Of a stretch of DNA of 64,000 nucleotides, positions 18,700 to 29,326 are shown piece by piece (positions within the stretch are counted from its first letter, which is position 1; the number at the start of each line of letters is the position of its first letter). This stretch comes from Candidatus Velthaea sp. (lineage in GTDB: Bacteria; Vulcanimicrobiota; Vulcanimicrobiia; Vulcanimicrobiales; Vulcanimicrobiaceae). The stretch covers positions 128,001 to 192,000 of the forward strand of contig CBDCCS010000011.1 in assembly GCA_965214935.1 (NCBI GenBank). Reading direction: 5' to 3'. A program made the translations under genes and the position numbers. The notes beneath the pieces were generated by a model. The model made no database searches. It was not told the origin of the DNA and saw only the letters and a program-made list of their open reading frames with translations.

Positions 18700-20781
18700 A
18701 TGGCGCCGCTCTTCATTCATTCGACTCGGCAAGCGCGGCCGGCGCCGACTGCCCAGTCGCATCCGGCAATGCATTTGCCGTTCGGCTTACCCGCCCCGCA
18801 GCATGCAGTGCAACGCGACGCCGGTGTGAGCTTATGCATGATCGTCAAAAACGAGGAACGCTTTCTTGCCGCCTGCTTGCGCAGTGTGGCGGGCGTCGTC
18901 GATGAAATGTGTATCGTCGACACCGGCTCGACCGACCGGACCGTTAAAATTGCAACATCGTTCGGCGCGAGAATCGAGCACCGCGTCTGGCGCGACGACT
19001 TTGCTTGGGCGCGCAATGAGGCGCTCGCGCTTGCCACCAAGCGTTGGATCTTCGTTCTCGATGCCGACGAAGAGCTCGACTCGGGTGGTGCCGACGTCTT
19101 ACGATCGGTGCGGACGGCTGCTGCCGATCGAACCGGATTGTGGGTGCGCTGCAACAACCTGTCGGACGATTACAAAGGCACCGGTGTTTCGACGCACGCG
19201 CTCGTACGGCTATTTCCGAATAACGAACGCATTCGTTACTCGTCTCCGGTTCACGAATTCATTACCGTCGACGGACGATCGACCGGCATCGATGCGCGCA
19301 TGAGTCCGCTGTCGATCACCCATCACGGTTACTTAAGCGAGATCGTCCAGTTGCGCGGCAAGGCCAAACGTAATCTACTGCTCGTCCAGCGGGCAACGGA
19401 GACCGACCCGGACGAGCCGTTCAACTGGTATAATCTCGGCACCACCTCGCTGCTGTGCGGCGAACCTGCCGCAGCGATCGTCGCGCTCGAAAAAATGCGC
19501 GAACTTGCCGGAGCGACGCAGCGCGGCTTCATCCCCAATGCACTCGCGCAGCTGGCGGATCTCTACACCGACCGCGGTGATCTCGAGCGCGGCGTTGCAG
19601 CGGCGTCCGACAGTCTCGCCAAAGCGCCGCATTTCGCTAACGCCCATTTCGCGCTCGGCCGCGCGCTGGTGAAGCTTGGCCGTTACGACGAGGGACGGGC
19701 GGCGTTTCGCGCTGCGATCGACGATGCGGAGCATTCGGCGCGCCAATTCATCGTCGATGACGAGGTTTCGGCGTGGAAAGCGCATTCGGAAATCGGCACA
19801 TCGTACGGCACGCAGGGCGACGATGTTGCCGCACTCGAGTGGTTCGAGCGCGGGCTGTCGCAGCGGCCGCTGGTCGTGCCGTTGCGACTGAATCGTGCGC
19901 GCGCGCTCGAACGTCTGCGGCGCTTGGATGAAGCGGAGGCGATGTTTGCCGATTTGGCCCGCGATGAACCCGGCGACGTGCACAGCGTCGACTATATCAA
20001 TTACCTCTTACGGCACGAACGTTTCTCGCAAGCCGCGGGCGCAATCGAGACGGCGCTCGCGGTAACGTCGCCGCGCACGCAAGCATCGTTGCTGGCAACG
20101 GCTGCCAAGATCGTGGCTCGCACCGGTGGGGGCAACGTCGGCGTACTGCTCGAGCGTGCGCTCGCGACGCACGGTGGCGCAGCCGAGGTGCTCGAAGCTG
20201 CGGAGCAGTACTATCGCGAACGCGGCGATCAACTCGCCCTCGAACGGATCTGGACCGACGAGCTCAGCGCCCCAATGATGCTTGCAGCGGATTACGCGCG
20301 GCGGGCAACGCAATTTCTGTCCCGCGACGCGTTTGCCGAGGCCGAAGCGGCGACGCTGGCCGGTCTCGAGCTGTTCCCCAACGACCCGGCGCTGCGTTAC
20401 AACCTCGGTGTCGCGTTTGTGAAAACGAATCGGAAGCGCGAAGCACTTAGCGAGTTGCAGCGCGTTCCGACCGCCGGCGACATCGGACTGCGCGCGGCAT
20501 TTTTGACTTCGATCGTCTTGAGCGATCTCAAATGCTATAGCGAAGCGCTCGATGCCGTCGATGCCGTTCTGCGGTTGGCTCCGGCGGAAATCGATGCGCA
20601 TCTTCACCGCTTTCGGTGTGCCGACGCGTTGGGGCACGACACGCAAGCAGAGTCCACGTTGCGCGCAGCGCTCGAGTTCGGTGACATGCGCGTCGCAACC
20701 GAACTTGCAACCTGGTTGCTGCGCAAAAATCGCTTCGCGGAAGCGGCAGCCGTCGCGCAAACGGCGCTAGCGACGGTTTGA
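18700..20781 (+). CDS. GT2 glycosyltransferase with TPR repeats (probable flagellin glycosyltransferase)
   Basis: SLCMIVKNEE, VDTGSTD, WRDDFAWARN, LDADE, HE, HHGY, then TPR helices. Start may be 18769. Confidence 0.88.
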   Translation: MAPLFIHSTRQARPAPTAQSHPAMHLPFGLPAPQHAVQRDAGVSLCMIVKNEERFLAACLRSVAGVVDEMCIVDTGSTDRTVKIATSFGARIEHRVWRDDFAWARNEALALATKRWIFVLDADEELDSGGADVLRSVRTAAADRTGLWVRCNNLSDDYKGTGVSTHALVRLFPNNERIRYSSPVHEFITVDGRSTGIDARMSPLSITHHGYLSEIVQLRGKAKRNLLLVQRATETDPDEPFNWYNLGTTSLLCGEPAAAIVALEKMRELAGATQRGFIPNALAQLADLYTDRGDLERGVAAASDSLAKAPHFANAHFALGRALVKLGRYDEGRAAFRAAIDDAEHSARQFIVDDEVSAWKAHSEIGTSYGTQGDDVAALEWFERGLSQRPLVVPLRLNRARALERLRRLDEAEAMFADLARDEPGDVHSVDYINYLLRHERFSQAAGAIETALAVTSPRTQASLLATAAKIVARTGGGNVGVLLERALATHGGAAEVLEAAEQYYRERGDQLALERIWTDELSAPMMLAADYARRATQFLSRDAFAEAEAATLAGLELFPNDPALRYNLGVAFVKTNRKREALSELQRVPTAGDIGLRAAFLTSIVLSDLKCYSEALDAVDAVLRLAPAEIDAHLHRFRCADALGHDTQAESTLRAALEFGDMRVATELATWLLRKNRFAEAAAVAQTALATV

Positions 20782-20786
20782 CCGGC

Positions 20787-20814
20787 TAAGCCGGCAAGAG
20801 GCGTCTGCCGAATA
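20787..20814 (+). promoter_or_regulatory. Putative sigma28 promoter of fliD
   Basis: TAAG-N16-GCCGAATA. Confidence 0.6.
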
Positions 20815-20856
20815 CCATTTTGACAGCTTGCGCTATTTGCTTGGATAGGAACGACG

Positions 20857-22920
20857 ATGAGCGGAATCTCCGGAGCATCAGCTTCGACCGGCAGCACTTC
20901 GACCGTCGGCACGAATCTTGCACCGATCACGTTTCCGGGCATCGCATCGGGCATCGACTATAACTCGATCATTACGAAGCTCACTTCGCTGACGCTCGCG
21001 CCCAATACGCAGTACAACAATCAAATCACGCAGCTCAATGCGAAAAACGCCGAACTCATCAAGATCAACGGCTTACTTGCATCCGTGCAAAGTTCGCTCG
21101 CCGCACTGTCGGATCCGGGAACGTTCAACGCCTATACCGGTTCGTCGACCAATCCGCTCGATGCGACGCTGAGCCAAACGCCGGGTGCCGTCGCGGTACC
21201 CGGTTCTTATACGATTGAAGGGACGCAACTCGCGACGGCCACCACGGTCGACAGCCCGTCGGGCGTCGGCGTGGCACTCAACGTCAATACCGCGCTCGTT
21301 TCGGCCGGAACCGCGATCACGCCGACGAACGGAAACGATCCGCAGGGACGCCAAGGCCAGATCACCGTCGACGGCGTTTCGATTGCGTACGACGTCGGTT
21401 CCCAGTCGCTTTCCACGATCGTTGCCAACATTTATGCCGCGGTCCACACGGCCGCAGTCGATCCGGGTTTTCAAATCTCGGTCAACTCCAGCGGCTTGGT
21501 TTCGATCTCCAGTAGCGATCAGCAAATCTCGCTCGGCATCGCGTCCGACCGTGGAAATCTCGAATCGGTGCTCAAGCTCGATGTCGCTCAAATCGATAAT
21601 AGCGGACCGCCTAATAGCGTGATCAGCGCCGGACCGATCGGCGGCGTCAACGCAGGTACGACGTTGAGTGCGGCCGGAAATGCGGGCTTCGCGACGGCAA
21701 TCACGACCGGCACGTTCACCATCAACGGTCTGCCGATCAGCGTGAATGCATCGACCGATAACGTCACGAGCATTCTAGCAAAAATCAATAGCTCGACTGC
21801 CGGTGTGGTCGCTTCGTATAATTTAACGTCGGGTACGTTCTCACTCGTCAACAGCACGACTGGTTCGCAGAGCATCGTCGTCGGCTCGGCGGCCGATACC
21901 AGCAACTTCTTGCGCGCAGCGCAATTAACGCCGGCGAGCGGTGCATCGACAGCCGTCGGCCGGCAAGCCTACGTGAGTGTCTTGACCGCGGGCGGCACAC
22001 TCCAGACAATCTTTAGTAATTCGGATTCGGTCGCCGGTGCGATTCCCGGCATGAACGTCAACGTGACCGGTACGACGTCGGCACCGTTCAGCGTGAACGT
22101 CGCGCAGAGCTCGGGTGCCGCAATCACCGCGATTACAAATTTCGTATCGGCGTACAATGCCGCGCTGAGCGAGATCGCGCTCGCCACCGCGCCGCCGGTC
22201 GTGCAGCAGAAGGCGTCGACGGCGACCTCGTTGACGGCAACGAGCAGCGTGCTGGCTTCGGGCGGCGTGCTCTACGGCGACCAAACGATTCAAACGCTCG
22301 CAAATCGCTTGACGAACATGGTATCGAGTATCAATCCCGACACCGGAAGCGCCTACTATAATTCGCTGGCGAGCATCGGTTTGTCGCTCGACACGTCGCA
22401 TACGGTGTACTCGTCTACGACCAACGCTCAAAACGGGTCGACGTCTCCGTCGACGACCGGCCCGGTGGCGGTGACGAGCGCCGACGGCACGGACGGGCAG
22501 TTTACGGCGCTCAACATCGCGACGTTCAGCGCAGCTTTTGCCGCCGACCCCCGAGCCGTCGCCAAGCTGTTCACATCCACCGGCGCACTCACGAACGCGG
22601 CGAACTCGACGCCGGTCACCAGCGGGTTGAGCTATCAGCTCGGCAGCTTTCTCACCGGCGTTACGGGCAACCCGATGTCGCTGGTCAACGGGTTGGTTGG
22701 GACCATTCCGATCGTCGCGTTGCTGCAAGGCGATGAAAACACAGCGACGGCCCAGATTACGTCGCTCAATCAGAGCATCAAAGATGTCACCGACAAAGCC
22801 AACGCGCAAGCCGATTTATTGCGAAAAGAAGCGACTGCCAGCGAAGCATTGGTCGCTAAATATCAATCGGAGCAGTCGGCAGTCAATCAACTTAGCGGTT
22901 CTAGCTCGACTTCGAGTTAG
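20857..22920 (+). CDS. fliD: Filament cap protein FliD
   Basis: I.FPGIASGIDYNSII.KL, GSY.I...QLA, I.NFVSAYN, G.LYGD, L.SIG, P.AV..LF. Confidence 0.9.
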   Translation: MSGISGASASTGSTSTVGTNLAPITFPGIASGIDYNSIITKLTSLTLAPNTQYNNQITQLNAKNAELIKINGLLASVQSSLAALSDPGTFNAYTGSSTNPLDATLSQTPGAVAVPGSYTIEGTQLATATTVDSPSGVGVALNVNTALVSAGTAITPTNGNDPQGRQGQITVDGVSIAYDVGSQSLSTIVANIYAAVHTAAVDPGFQISVNSSGLVSISSSDQQISLGIASDRGNLESVLKLDVAQIDNSGPPNSVISAGPIGGVNAGTTLSAAGNAGFATAITTGTFTINGLPISVNASTDNVTSILAKINSSTAGVVASYNLTSGTFSLVNSTTGSQSIVVGSAADTSNFLRAAQLTPASGASTAVGRQAYVSVLTAGGTLQTIFSNSDSVAGAIPGMNVNVTGTTSAPFSVNVAQSSGAAITAITNFVSAYNAALSEIALATAPPVVQQKASTATSLTATSSVLASGGVLYGDQTIQTLANRLTNMVSSINPDTGSAYYNSLASIGLSLDTSHTVYSSTTNAQNGSTSPSTTGPVAVTSADGTDGQFTALNIATFSAAFAADPRAVAKLFTSTGALTNAANSTPVTSGLSYQLGSFLTGVTGNPMSLVNGLVGTIPIVALLQGDENTATAQITSLNQSIKDVTDKANAQADLLRKEATASEALVAKYQSEQSAVNQLSGSSSTSS

Positions 22921-22941
22921 ACGTTCGCATACGAAGGAAGC

Positions 22942-23373
22942 ATGGCTAGACCTGAAGTCTCCTACCTAAAAACCAAGCTGACGACCGCGCGTCCCGAAGA
23001 GCTGACGATCATCACCTTCGACGTATTAATCAACTCGACGGCTGCGGCAATCGCCGGCCTCAACAATCCGGTGCTCGATATCGAGGCGATACACAAAGAT
23101 TTGCGGCGCGCGCAACGTGCCGTTGCGCTGTTGATGGGTTCGCTGCGCTTCGAGATCGATGATGAACTGGGCCGCAACATTTTTCGCATCTACGAATATT
23201 GGCACCACGAACTTTTCATGGCGAACATGCAGAAATCCAGTACGACCATCGAGGCACTTCTGCCCGACTTCAAATCGTACCGCCAGACATGGGTCGAAGC
23301 AAACCGGCGGTATCGCGCCGAACAGTCGGTACCGCTGCAGTATAGCGAAGGCGGCTTTGTCGCGGTCAGTTGA
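22942..23373 (+). CDS. fliS: Flagellin chaperone FliS
   Basis: Y......TA.PEEL, RAQ....L..SL.FE..ELG.N...IYEY, L..AN, W.E. Confidence 0.9.
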   Translation: MARPEVSYLKTKLTTARPEELTIITFDVLINSTAAAIAGLNNPVLDIEAIHKDLRRAQRAVALLMGSLRFEIDDELGRNIFRIYEYWHHELFMANMQKSSTTIEALLPDFKSYRQTWVEANRRYRAEQSVPLQYSEGGFVAVS

Positions 23374-23737
23374 TCCGCAATCGGCCGAGATCGCTACGAC
23401 GATCGTCGAGTTCGAGCGCAGCGTCGACGACGCCGAGCGCGCGCTTGTCGTTCGCGATTGGGCGCGCGTCGATGCACTGCTGCTCGAACAGCGACGTCTG
23501 ACGCATGCGCTGGCCAACGCGCTCGACGCATCGCGCGACCGCCGGCCGCAAGCGTTCAGCGACGAAGTGAATCGCCGGTTGGAACGCATAACGGTTCGGC
23601 GCGCCGATCAGATGCGCCGCCTCATCGCATTCAATCATTCGGTGAACGCGCGCTTGAAGATGATTGCGCAAGCCAAGCAAATGCGTCATTCGCATACCGA
23701 TAGCCCCGCGCCACGCCTGCTCGATTTGTTGCAGTGA
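23357..23737 (+). CDS. FliT/FlgN-like helical chaperone
   Basis: Helical protein of about 126 aa (AL..RDW..V..LL..Q) after fliS. TTG start at 23357 is inferred. Confidence 0.55.
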   Translation: MSRSVDPQSAEIATTIVEFERSVDDAERALVVRDWARVDALLLEQRRLTHALANALDASRDRRPQAFSDEVNRRLERITVRRADQMRRLIAFNHSVNARLKMIAQAKQMRHSHTDSPAPRLLDLLQ

Positions 23738-24683
23738 CGGTGCACGAAGCAAGGAGTACGGCCGCTGTTGCCGGTCGCAACGCGGACGTTAGCGGCTAGT
23801 CGAACTTGTCGCGGACAAGTGGATCGTCGAGATTGTACCGGACGTCCCTGGCAATCCTCAACAAATGTTGACTCAAGTGTTGGGGACTCGATGTCAAAGG
23901 TCTTGTGCGTCGTAAACTCTTGCACGAGATCCGCCGAAGGTCGAACGCGAGCCGAGCAGGGTTTCATTACAGCACGCATTCGGAAATAAACTCTTTTCCG
24001 GAGCGTGTATGCGTCGCATGCGCTCCCACCAAAAACGTCGATCCAGCTCGGAATTGCGATGTCGTTTTTACTTGCTTCACGTCGGCAGGTTAGGCCGTAT
24101 GCGTTGAACTCTCATATTTCGTTGCCGAAACTTCGACAGGCACCGCAGACGGCGCAACAAGTTCTTTGGTAAGCTTGTAATTTAGCTCGCGCTCTCACTT
24201 GTAGTTGATACCGCTATCTGGGCCAGGCGCGCCGCGGACGCGGCTTCGGGCCATGTTACGTACCCTCGACGAATCTTACGCGGGCGGCCGCAATGCATGT
24301 GTGCTCGGGACGCTGGTCATCGGCGGAAGTCGCGAAGAATTTCAGCGGGCTTGTAATCGCTTTGTCGCCTGTGAACCGGACGCCTATCGAACGAGCGCCA
24401 TTGCACCAGCGAGCGGCCAGCGTCGCAGCCGCCGGAAAACAGCGCGCGCTTTCGCTCACCACCCGCTTGACGGTGCACGCGTCCGTGTCGCTCCTTAGCA
24501 ACGCAGCCATCACCGGCGGCACACGCCCGGCGACGTGTTGACGTTAAGTTAAGTTCGCCCGTCGCAAGCGCGAAGCGCGCTCGTTACGGCAGGCCGGTAT
24601 GGCGCTGCGGCGTAGGTTTTTCCAAGTATTCTCCGTCTCGCGAAAGCTGCCGGTTGCAACGCGTGAGCACTCGATTGTAGCGT

Positions 24684-27341
24684 ATGGATTATTCGATCGT
24701 CATGCCGGTGTACAACCGGGCGGATTTAACGCGTGATTGTTTGCGGACGTTGCCGCCGACGCTCGCCGGCGCCGGTAACGGCGAGCTCATCGTCGTCGAT
24801 AACGGTTCGCAGTCCGACACGGCCGACGTACTCGCCGAGTTTCCGTGGGTGCGCGTCATCCGCAATGAGGTCAATCTCGGCTTTGCTGCCGCGTGCAATC
24901 AAGGTGCGGCCGCCGCGGCGGGCCAGGACGTCTGTTTTCTCAATAACGACATGATCGCGCATGCCGGGTGGCTGGCGAAGATGCGGGCACGCGGGGCGCC
25001 GGATGTCGGCATCGTCGGCGCTCGCTTATTTTTCCCCGATGGGACGATCCAGCATGCCGGCGTCGCGACGTTGCCGATGCGCTTCGGCATCGAGGGCATT
25101 TTACCGTATCATCTGTACTGGGGCGCGACAAACGTGCCGGCCGCGGCCGAATCGGCCGAGCTTGATATCGTCACCGGCGCGTGCCTGCTAACGCCGCGCG
25201 AACTTTTCACGGCGCTGGGCGGATTCGATCCGACGTATTGGAACGGCTACGAAGACGTCGATTATTGCTTGCGCGTCCGCGAGCGTGGATTACGTGTGAT
25301 CTACGAAGCGGACGCAACCCTGTTGCATCTCGAGTCGCAATCCGGCGTTCAGCGTAAGCGGCGTTTGAGTTACAACCTGCAAACGTTAGCGGCGCGGTGG
25401 GGCAGTCGCGTCGAGCCCGATCACAACTTCTATCTTTTGCGCGGCGCGCAACTGCGCCGCGAAATGTTCCCGGATAATGCGCGCGCTTTCTCAACTGTCG
25501 CGTTGCCGCCGGTGACGGTCGTCGTCCACGGTTCCGACGCTGGCGAACCGGAGGCGTTCAGCGCCGCTCTAGCTGCGAATCACGCACGCATCGAGCGCCT
25601 CGTCCGGCTTACCGCCGGCAATGCGTCCCTGGCCGTCGGAGCACCGTCCGCAGACGTCGACGACGTCGCGGCGGTTCGTAGGTTACTCGAGGGCCGCAGC
25701 GACCGGTATTTTGCATTCGTGCACGCGCAGTCCGCCCTCGCACCGGGCTGGCTCGACGAGTTAATAAACGCTATCGAGTACGGTCACGAAGTCATCGCCG
25801 CCACCGTGGCGCCCGAAGGTTCGGCCGGGGTCGAACCGTGCGCTGCGGACGGCCGCTGCACGCTGCTCAATCTCCGAAACGTGCCGGCGCATCTTCGCAT
25901 CGGTCCGGTGCAAACGCTCGATGCCGCAATCGTCGATCTCACGTGGCAGGCGGTACAAGCCGGATCGAGCGTCCGTAGCGTCCGGCGCGGCAGATTCGGC
26001 GCATTGCCTGCGCCCGTCGAAGATCCGGTTTTTGCGGCTCGCTACGGGACGGCGCACGATGTGCTGCGCCGCGCCGATGCGCAGCGGCTCGAAGCGGCGT
26101 GCCGCGACCGGCCGGCGGCGCCGACGCTGGCATCGATCGTCATGCTGAGCTGGAATGCTCCGGGATACACCCAGACCGCCGTCGACTCGATTCGTGCCGT
26201 TACCCGGACGCCGTACGAAATTATCATCGTCGATAACGGTTCAGGGCCCGAAACGCTCGCAATGCTCGCTCGACTCGAGGGCGTTCAGGTTATCTATAAT
26301 TCGGAAAATAAGGGCTTTGCGTACGGCTGCAATCAGGGTCTGGCCGCCGCCGGCGGCACGCACGTCGTGTTACTCAACAACGACGTCGTCGTCACCGCCG
26401 GTTGGCTCGAAAGCCTCCTATCGGCACACGCGCGCGACCCGCTCGTCGGAATCTCCGCTCCGCGCAGCAATCGCGTTGTCGGTCATCAGCAAATCGGTAA
26501 TCTTGCGTATGCTTCAATTGAAGCGATGCACGCATTTGCCGCCGAGCGATCGCGTGAATTTGCCGGCATGCACTATCGCACCGACCGCGCGATCGGCTTT
26601 TGCCTGTGCATTTCACGCAACGTCATTGAAGAAGTCGGCGGTATCGATACGCGCTACGGCGTCGGCAATTTCGAGGACGATGATTTTTGCATCCGGGTGC
26701 GTGCAGCGGGTTACCAGATCGTCGTGTGTCAAGACGCGTTCATCCATCATTTCGGCAGCGTTTCGTTCGCGGCAAATAAGGTCGATTACGCATCGCAGAT
26801 GCAGAAAAATTGGCAAATTTTTGCCGCCCGCTGGAATCTGCCCGCGGCGTATCCGCTCGAAGGATACAACGCGGCGCCGGCCATCGCCGCCGGTTTTGTG
26901 CGCGAGCGCGACTACGTTCCCTTACCGCAACCCGAACCGGAGCCGGCGCCCCCGGCACGTGCCTACGCAACGGCGTTCGTCGCACTCGTCGACGGTGATG
27001 CGGCGTGGTCGCGCATCGGGCCGATCGTGACCAACTACATTCGCGCCTTATCGGCCGACGATCCGAGCTTATTTGCCATCGGCGTCACCGGCGCTGCCGA
27101 CGCTACGACGATCGGCGCGCGCATCGCGCGTTCGATCGGAAAGTTGCAGATCGAGGAACGTCACGTGGCCGACATCGACGTCGCCGATATCGAGGACTCG
27201 CGCGTCGGCGAATGGCTGACGGCGATTCCGGCGTCCGCGCGCCTGAGCATCGTTAAGGACGATCGTCTGGCCGGACTGCGTTTTGCGGCCGACCGCAGTC
27301 CCAGCGGTTTGGCGCGAGCCGTGCGCGGCGACCGGAGATGA
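24684..27341 (+). CDS. Multi-domain glycosyltransferase (two GT2 domains)
   Basis: Two copies of SIV..YN/WN...VDNGS...N.GFA..CNQG...LNND...ED.D.C.R. Confidence 0.9.
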   Translation: MDYSIVMPVYNRADLTRDCLRTLPPTLAGAGNGELIVVDNGSQSDTADVLAEFPWVRVIRNEVNLGFAAACNQGAAAAAGQDVCFLNNDMIAHAGWLAKMRARGAPDVGIVGARLFFPDGTIQHAGVATLPMRFGIEGILPYHLYWGATNVPAAAESAELDIVTGACLLTPRELFTALGGFDPTYWNGYEDVDYCLRVRERGLRVIYEADATLLHLESQSGVQRKRRLSYNLQTLAARWGSRVEPDHNFYLLRGAQLRREMFPDNARAFSTVALPPVTVVVHGSDAGEPEAFSAALAANHARIERLVRLTAGNASLAVGAPSADVDDVAAVRRLLEGRSDRYFAFVHAQSALAPGWLDELINAIEYGHEVIAATVAPEGSAGVEPCAADGRCTLLNLRNVPAHLRIGPVQTLDAAIVDLTWQAVQAGSSVRSVRRGRFGALPAPVEDPVFAARYGTAHDVLRRADAQRLEAACRDRPAAPTLASIVMLSWNAPGYTQTAVDSIRAVTRTPYEIIIVDNGSGPETLAMLARLEGVQVIYNSENKGFAYGCNQGLAAAGGTHVVLLNNDVVVTAGWLESLLSAHARDPLVGISAPRSNRVVGHQQIGNLAYASIEAMHAFAAERSREFAGMHYRTDRAIGFCLCISRNVIEEVGGIDTRYGVGNFEDDDFCIRVRAAGYQIVVCQDAFIHHFGSVSFAANKVDYASQMQKNWQIFAARWNLPAAYPLEGYNAAPAIAAGFVRERDYVPLPQPEPEPAPPARAYATAFVALVDGDAAWSRIGPIVTNYIRALSADDPSLFAIGVTGAADATTIGARIARSIGKLQIEERHVADIDVADIEDSRVGEWLTAIPASARLSIVKDDRLAGLRFAADRSPSGLARAVRGDRR

Positions 27342-29323
27342 TTCGCTTTACGCACGACGCGCCGTTTTTCCAGTTATGGCGCGACGTCGAACTGCTCGAC
27401 GCCTTAGCGCAGCCGCAGTATTGTACGACCGCGCGTTACGAGCCGCTGCTGCATCTGTCGCAAGGCTCCGGTCAGATCGATCTGCTATTCGAACACGAAT
27501 CGCAGTGCTGCGTGCTTGCGGGCCTGCGGCTCGATGCTCGTAATCTGATCGTGCGTGAACGGTCGCCGTTTATTTGGCCGGCGTTCGTCGCCGCGGCGGT
27601 CGGCGCCGAGCGCCTCGCGGCGCTCGAAAGCCATGTGTTGCCATGGCTGCGTTCGATCGCACGCGGCCGTTCCATGGCACATGAAACGATTCGCCGCTAC
27701 CGGAGCAGCGAACGCTTCGAGCGCGCGCGCCGCGACGGCTTACTCGGCGCAGCCCCGTTAGCGACCTGTATCGCGCGCATGGCGCCGTTCTTTTATGCGC
27801 GCCGCTTTGCCGCCGGCGCCGAGGTTGCCGTCGCATGTGACGACGCCGCGCTGGCCTACGCGATGATCCACGATATCGCCGCCGCCGTCGTCGTCCTCGC
27901 CGATGGCGAGCCGGCGGCTCGAGCGAGCTTTGCTTACGAATGGTACGGCGTCCGCGCAGCGTCGTCGCCGCGCGCCGTCCGGCCCGACGTCGTGCTGACG
28001 GATCGGCACCCGGTGCAGACGGCGCCGGTCGTGATCGACGTCGCGCCGGCGGCGGCCGGAGCGGGCGTCAACGTCGACATCCCGGCACCGGTACCCTGGG
28101 ATTTGCTCTTTGGATTCGATGCCGCCGATGCGCCGCCGATCGGCCGCTTTTCGGTTGTTGCAGTCGAGCCGCCGCTACGCACGCCGGCCGATTTGCCGGC
28201 GGTGCGCATTGTCGGCGGGTCGGCGGGCTCGATCGCGCTTGCCGTGCGGTCCGACGCGGCAGCGACTCACGGAGCCGACCTGCACGACGCAAAGCAGTTT
28301 GCAGCGCGCTTACAAGCTGAGGGTTTTTCCGCGCAGATCGTCAGCGACCCGGCGGCTTTCGCGCCGGTGAATCTCGTGCACATTTTTGGATCGCCGTACG
28401 ATGAACACTGCATCGCGTTTGCCGAACGGGCGCGCGAACGCGCGACGGATTACGTGTTCGACCTGCCGCCGCTGCCGGACGATCCGTCGACGTATGTCCA
28501 GACGATGCTGCCGCTGGTGTGCCGTTCGTCGTTCGATGAAGCGGACTTTTCGCTGTATCTGCGCGCCTATACCGAGCGCAGCTTGACCGGACCCTTGCCG
28601 GCTGATGCCGGCCGGGCGGTCTTCGACGGCAGACGCGCGCGCTTCGCCGAACTGGCCGCCGGTGCGCTCGCGGTTTTGGCCGCGCCCGAAGATCTTGCTT
28701 TGCTGCGAGCCATGCTACCGCCGAGCGTTGCGGCTCGCCTCGCAAGCCGGTCTGCTTTCAGCACGCCGGAGCCGCCGGCCGCTCGAATCGGGCACATCGT
28801 TCCGGCGCGACCGTTTGCATTCGTGCACGGGACGATCGGCGCGGATTCCAACGCACTCTTTGCGGCGCTTGCATGCGAGCGGCACGCGCTGCCGATCGTC
28901 ATCGCCGGGCCGACCTTCGATGTAACGTACCTGCAACTCTTGCGGCTTAAAGCGCCGTCGGCGATCGTGCTTGCCGATCCCGACCCGGCGATCGTCTCGG
29001 CGTTATACCGGCGCGCAGCGGTCTGGGTCGATCCGGCACCGCATGCCCGCAGTGCTGCGGCTTTGCTGCGCGCCGTCGCGTGCGGAGCCGTGCCGGTGCT
29101 GGCCGACGAATCGCCGCTGGTCCGATCCGCGCCGGCCGGCGTGCCGCTGTTTTCACTGCGCTCGTTCGATGATTGCGCGCGCGTCGTCCGCGAATCGCTG
29201 CAACGCACCGACCGCGCCGAATGTATCGCCCGATTGCAAGCAGCGATCGAAACGCGGCGCGATCCAAATGCGGCGTTTGCCGCCATTATGGCAGCGTATT
29301 TGCGTGCGCCCGCAGCGGTCTAG
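27338..29323 (+). CDS. Hypothetical protein with degenerate methyltransferase-like and GT4-like domains
   Basis: YARRFAAGAEV resembles an MTase lead-in. LYRRAAVWV.P......LLRAVACG.PV resembles a GT4 C-lobe without EX7E. Confidence 0.55.
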   Translation: MIRFTHDAPFFQLWRDVELLDALAQPQYCTTARYEPLLHLSQGSGQIDLLFEHESQCCVLAGLRLDARNLIVRERSPFIWPAFVAAAVGAERLAALESHVLPWLRSIARGRSMAHETIRRYRSSERFERARRDGLLGAAPLATCIARMAPFFYARRFAAGAEVAVACDDAALAYAMIHDIAAAVVVLADGEPAARASFAYEWYGVRAASSPRAVRPDVVLTDRHPVQTAPVVIDVAPAAAGAGVNVDIPAPVPWDLLFGFDAADAPPIGRFSVVAVEPPLRTPADLPAVRIVGGSAGSIALAVRSDAAATHGADLHDAKQFAARLQAEGFSAQIVSDPAAFAPVNLVHIFGSPYDEHCIAFAERARERATDYVFDLPPLPDDPSTYVQTMLPLVCRSSFDEADFSLYLRAYTERSLTGPLPADAGRAVFDGRRARFAELAAGALAVLAAPEDLALLRAMLPPSVAARLASRSAFSTPEPPAARIGHIVPARPFAFVHGTIGADSNALFAALACERHALPIVIAGPTFDVTYLQLLRLKAPSAIVLADPDPAIVSALYRRAAVWVDPAPHARSAAALLRAVACGAVPVLADESPLVRSAPAGVPLFSLRSFDDCARVVRESLQRTDRAECIARLQAAIETRRDPNAAFAAIMAAYLRAPAAV

Positions 29324-29326
29324 CGG

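Noticed and set aside
21925..22809. Long antisense or alternative-frame ORFs (also 7494..8483, 11884..12741, 30113..31102, 49077..50069)
   Set aside because: These are shadow ORFs of well-supported genes in GC-rich DNA, with Arg-rich, non-protein-like composition.
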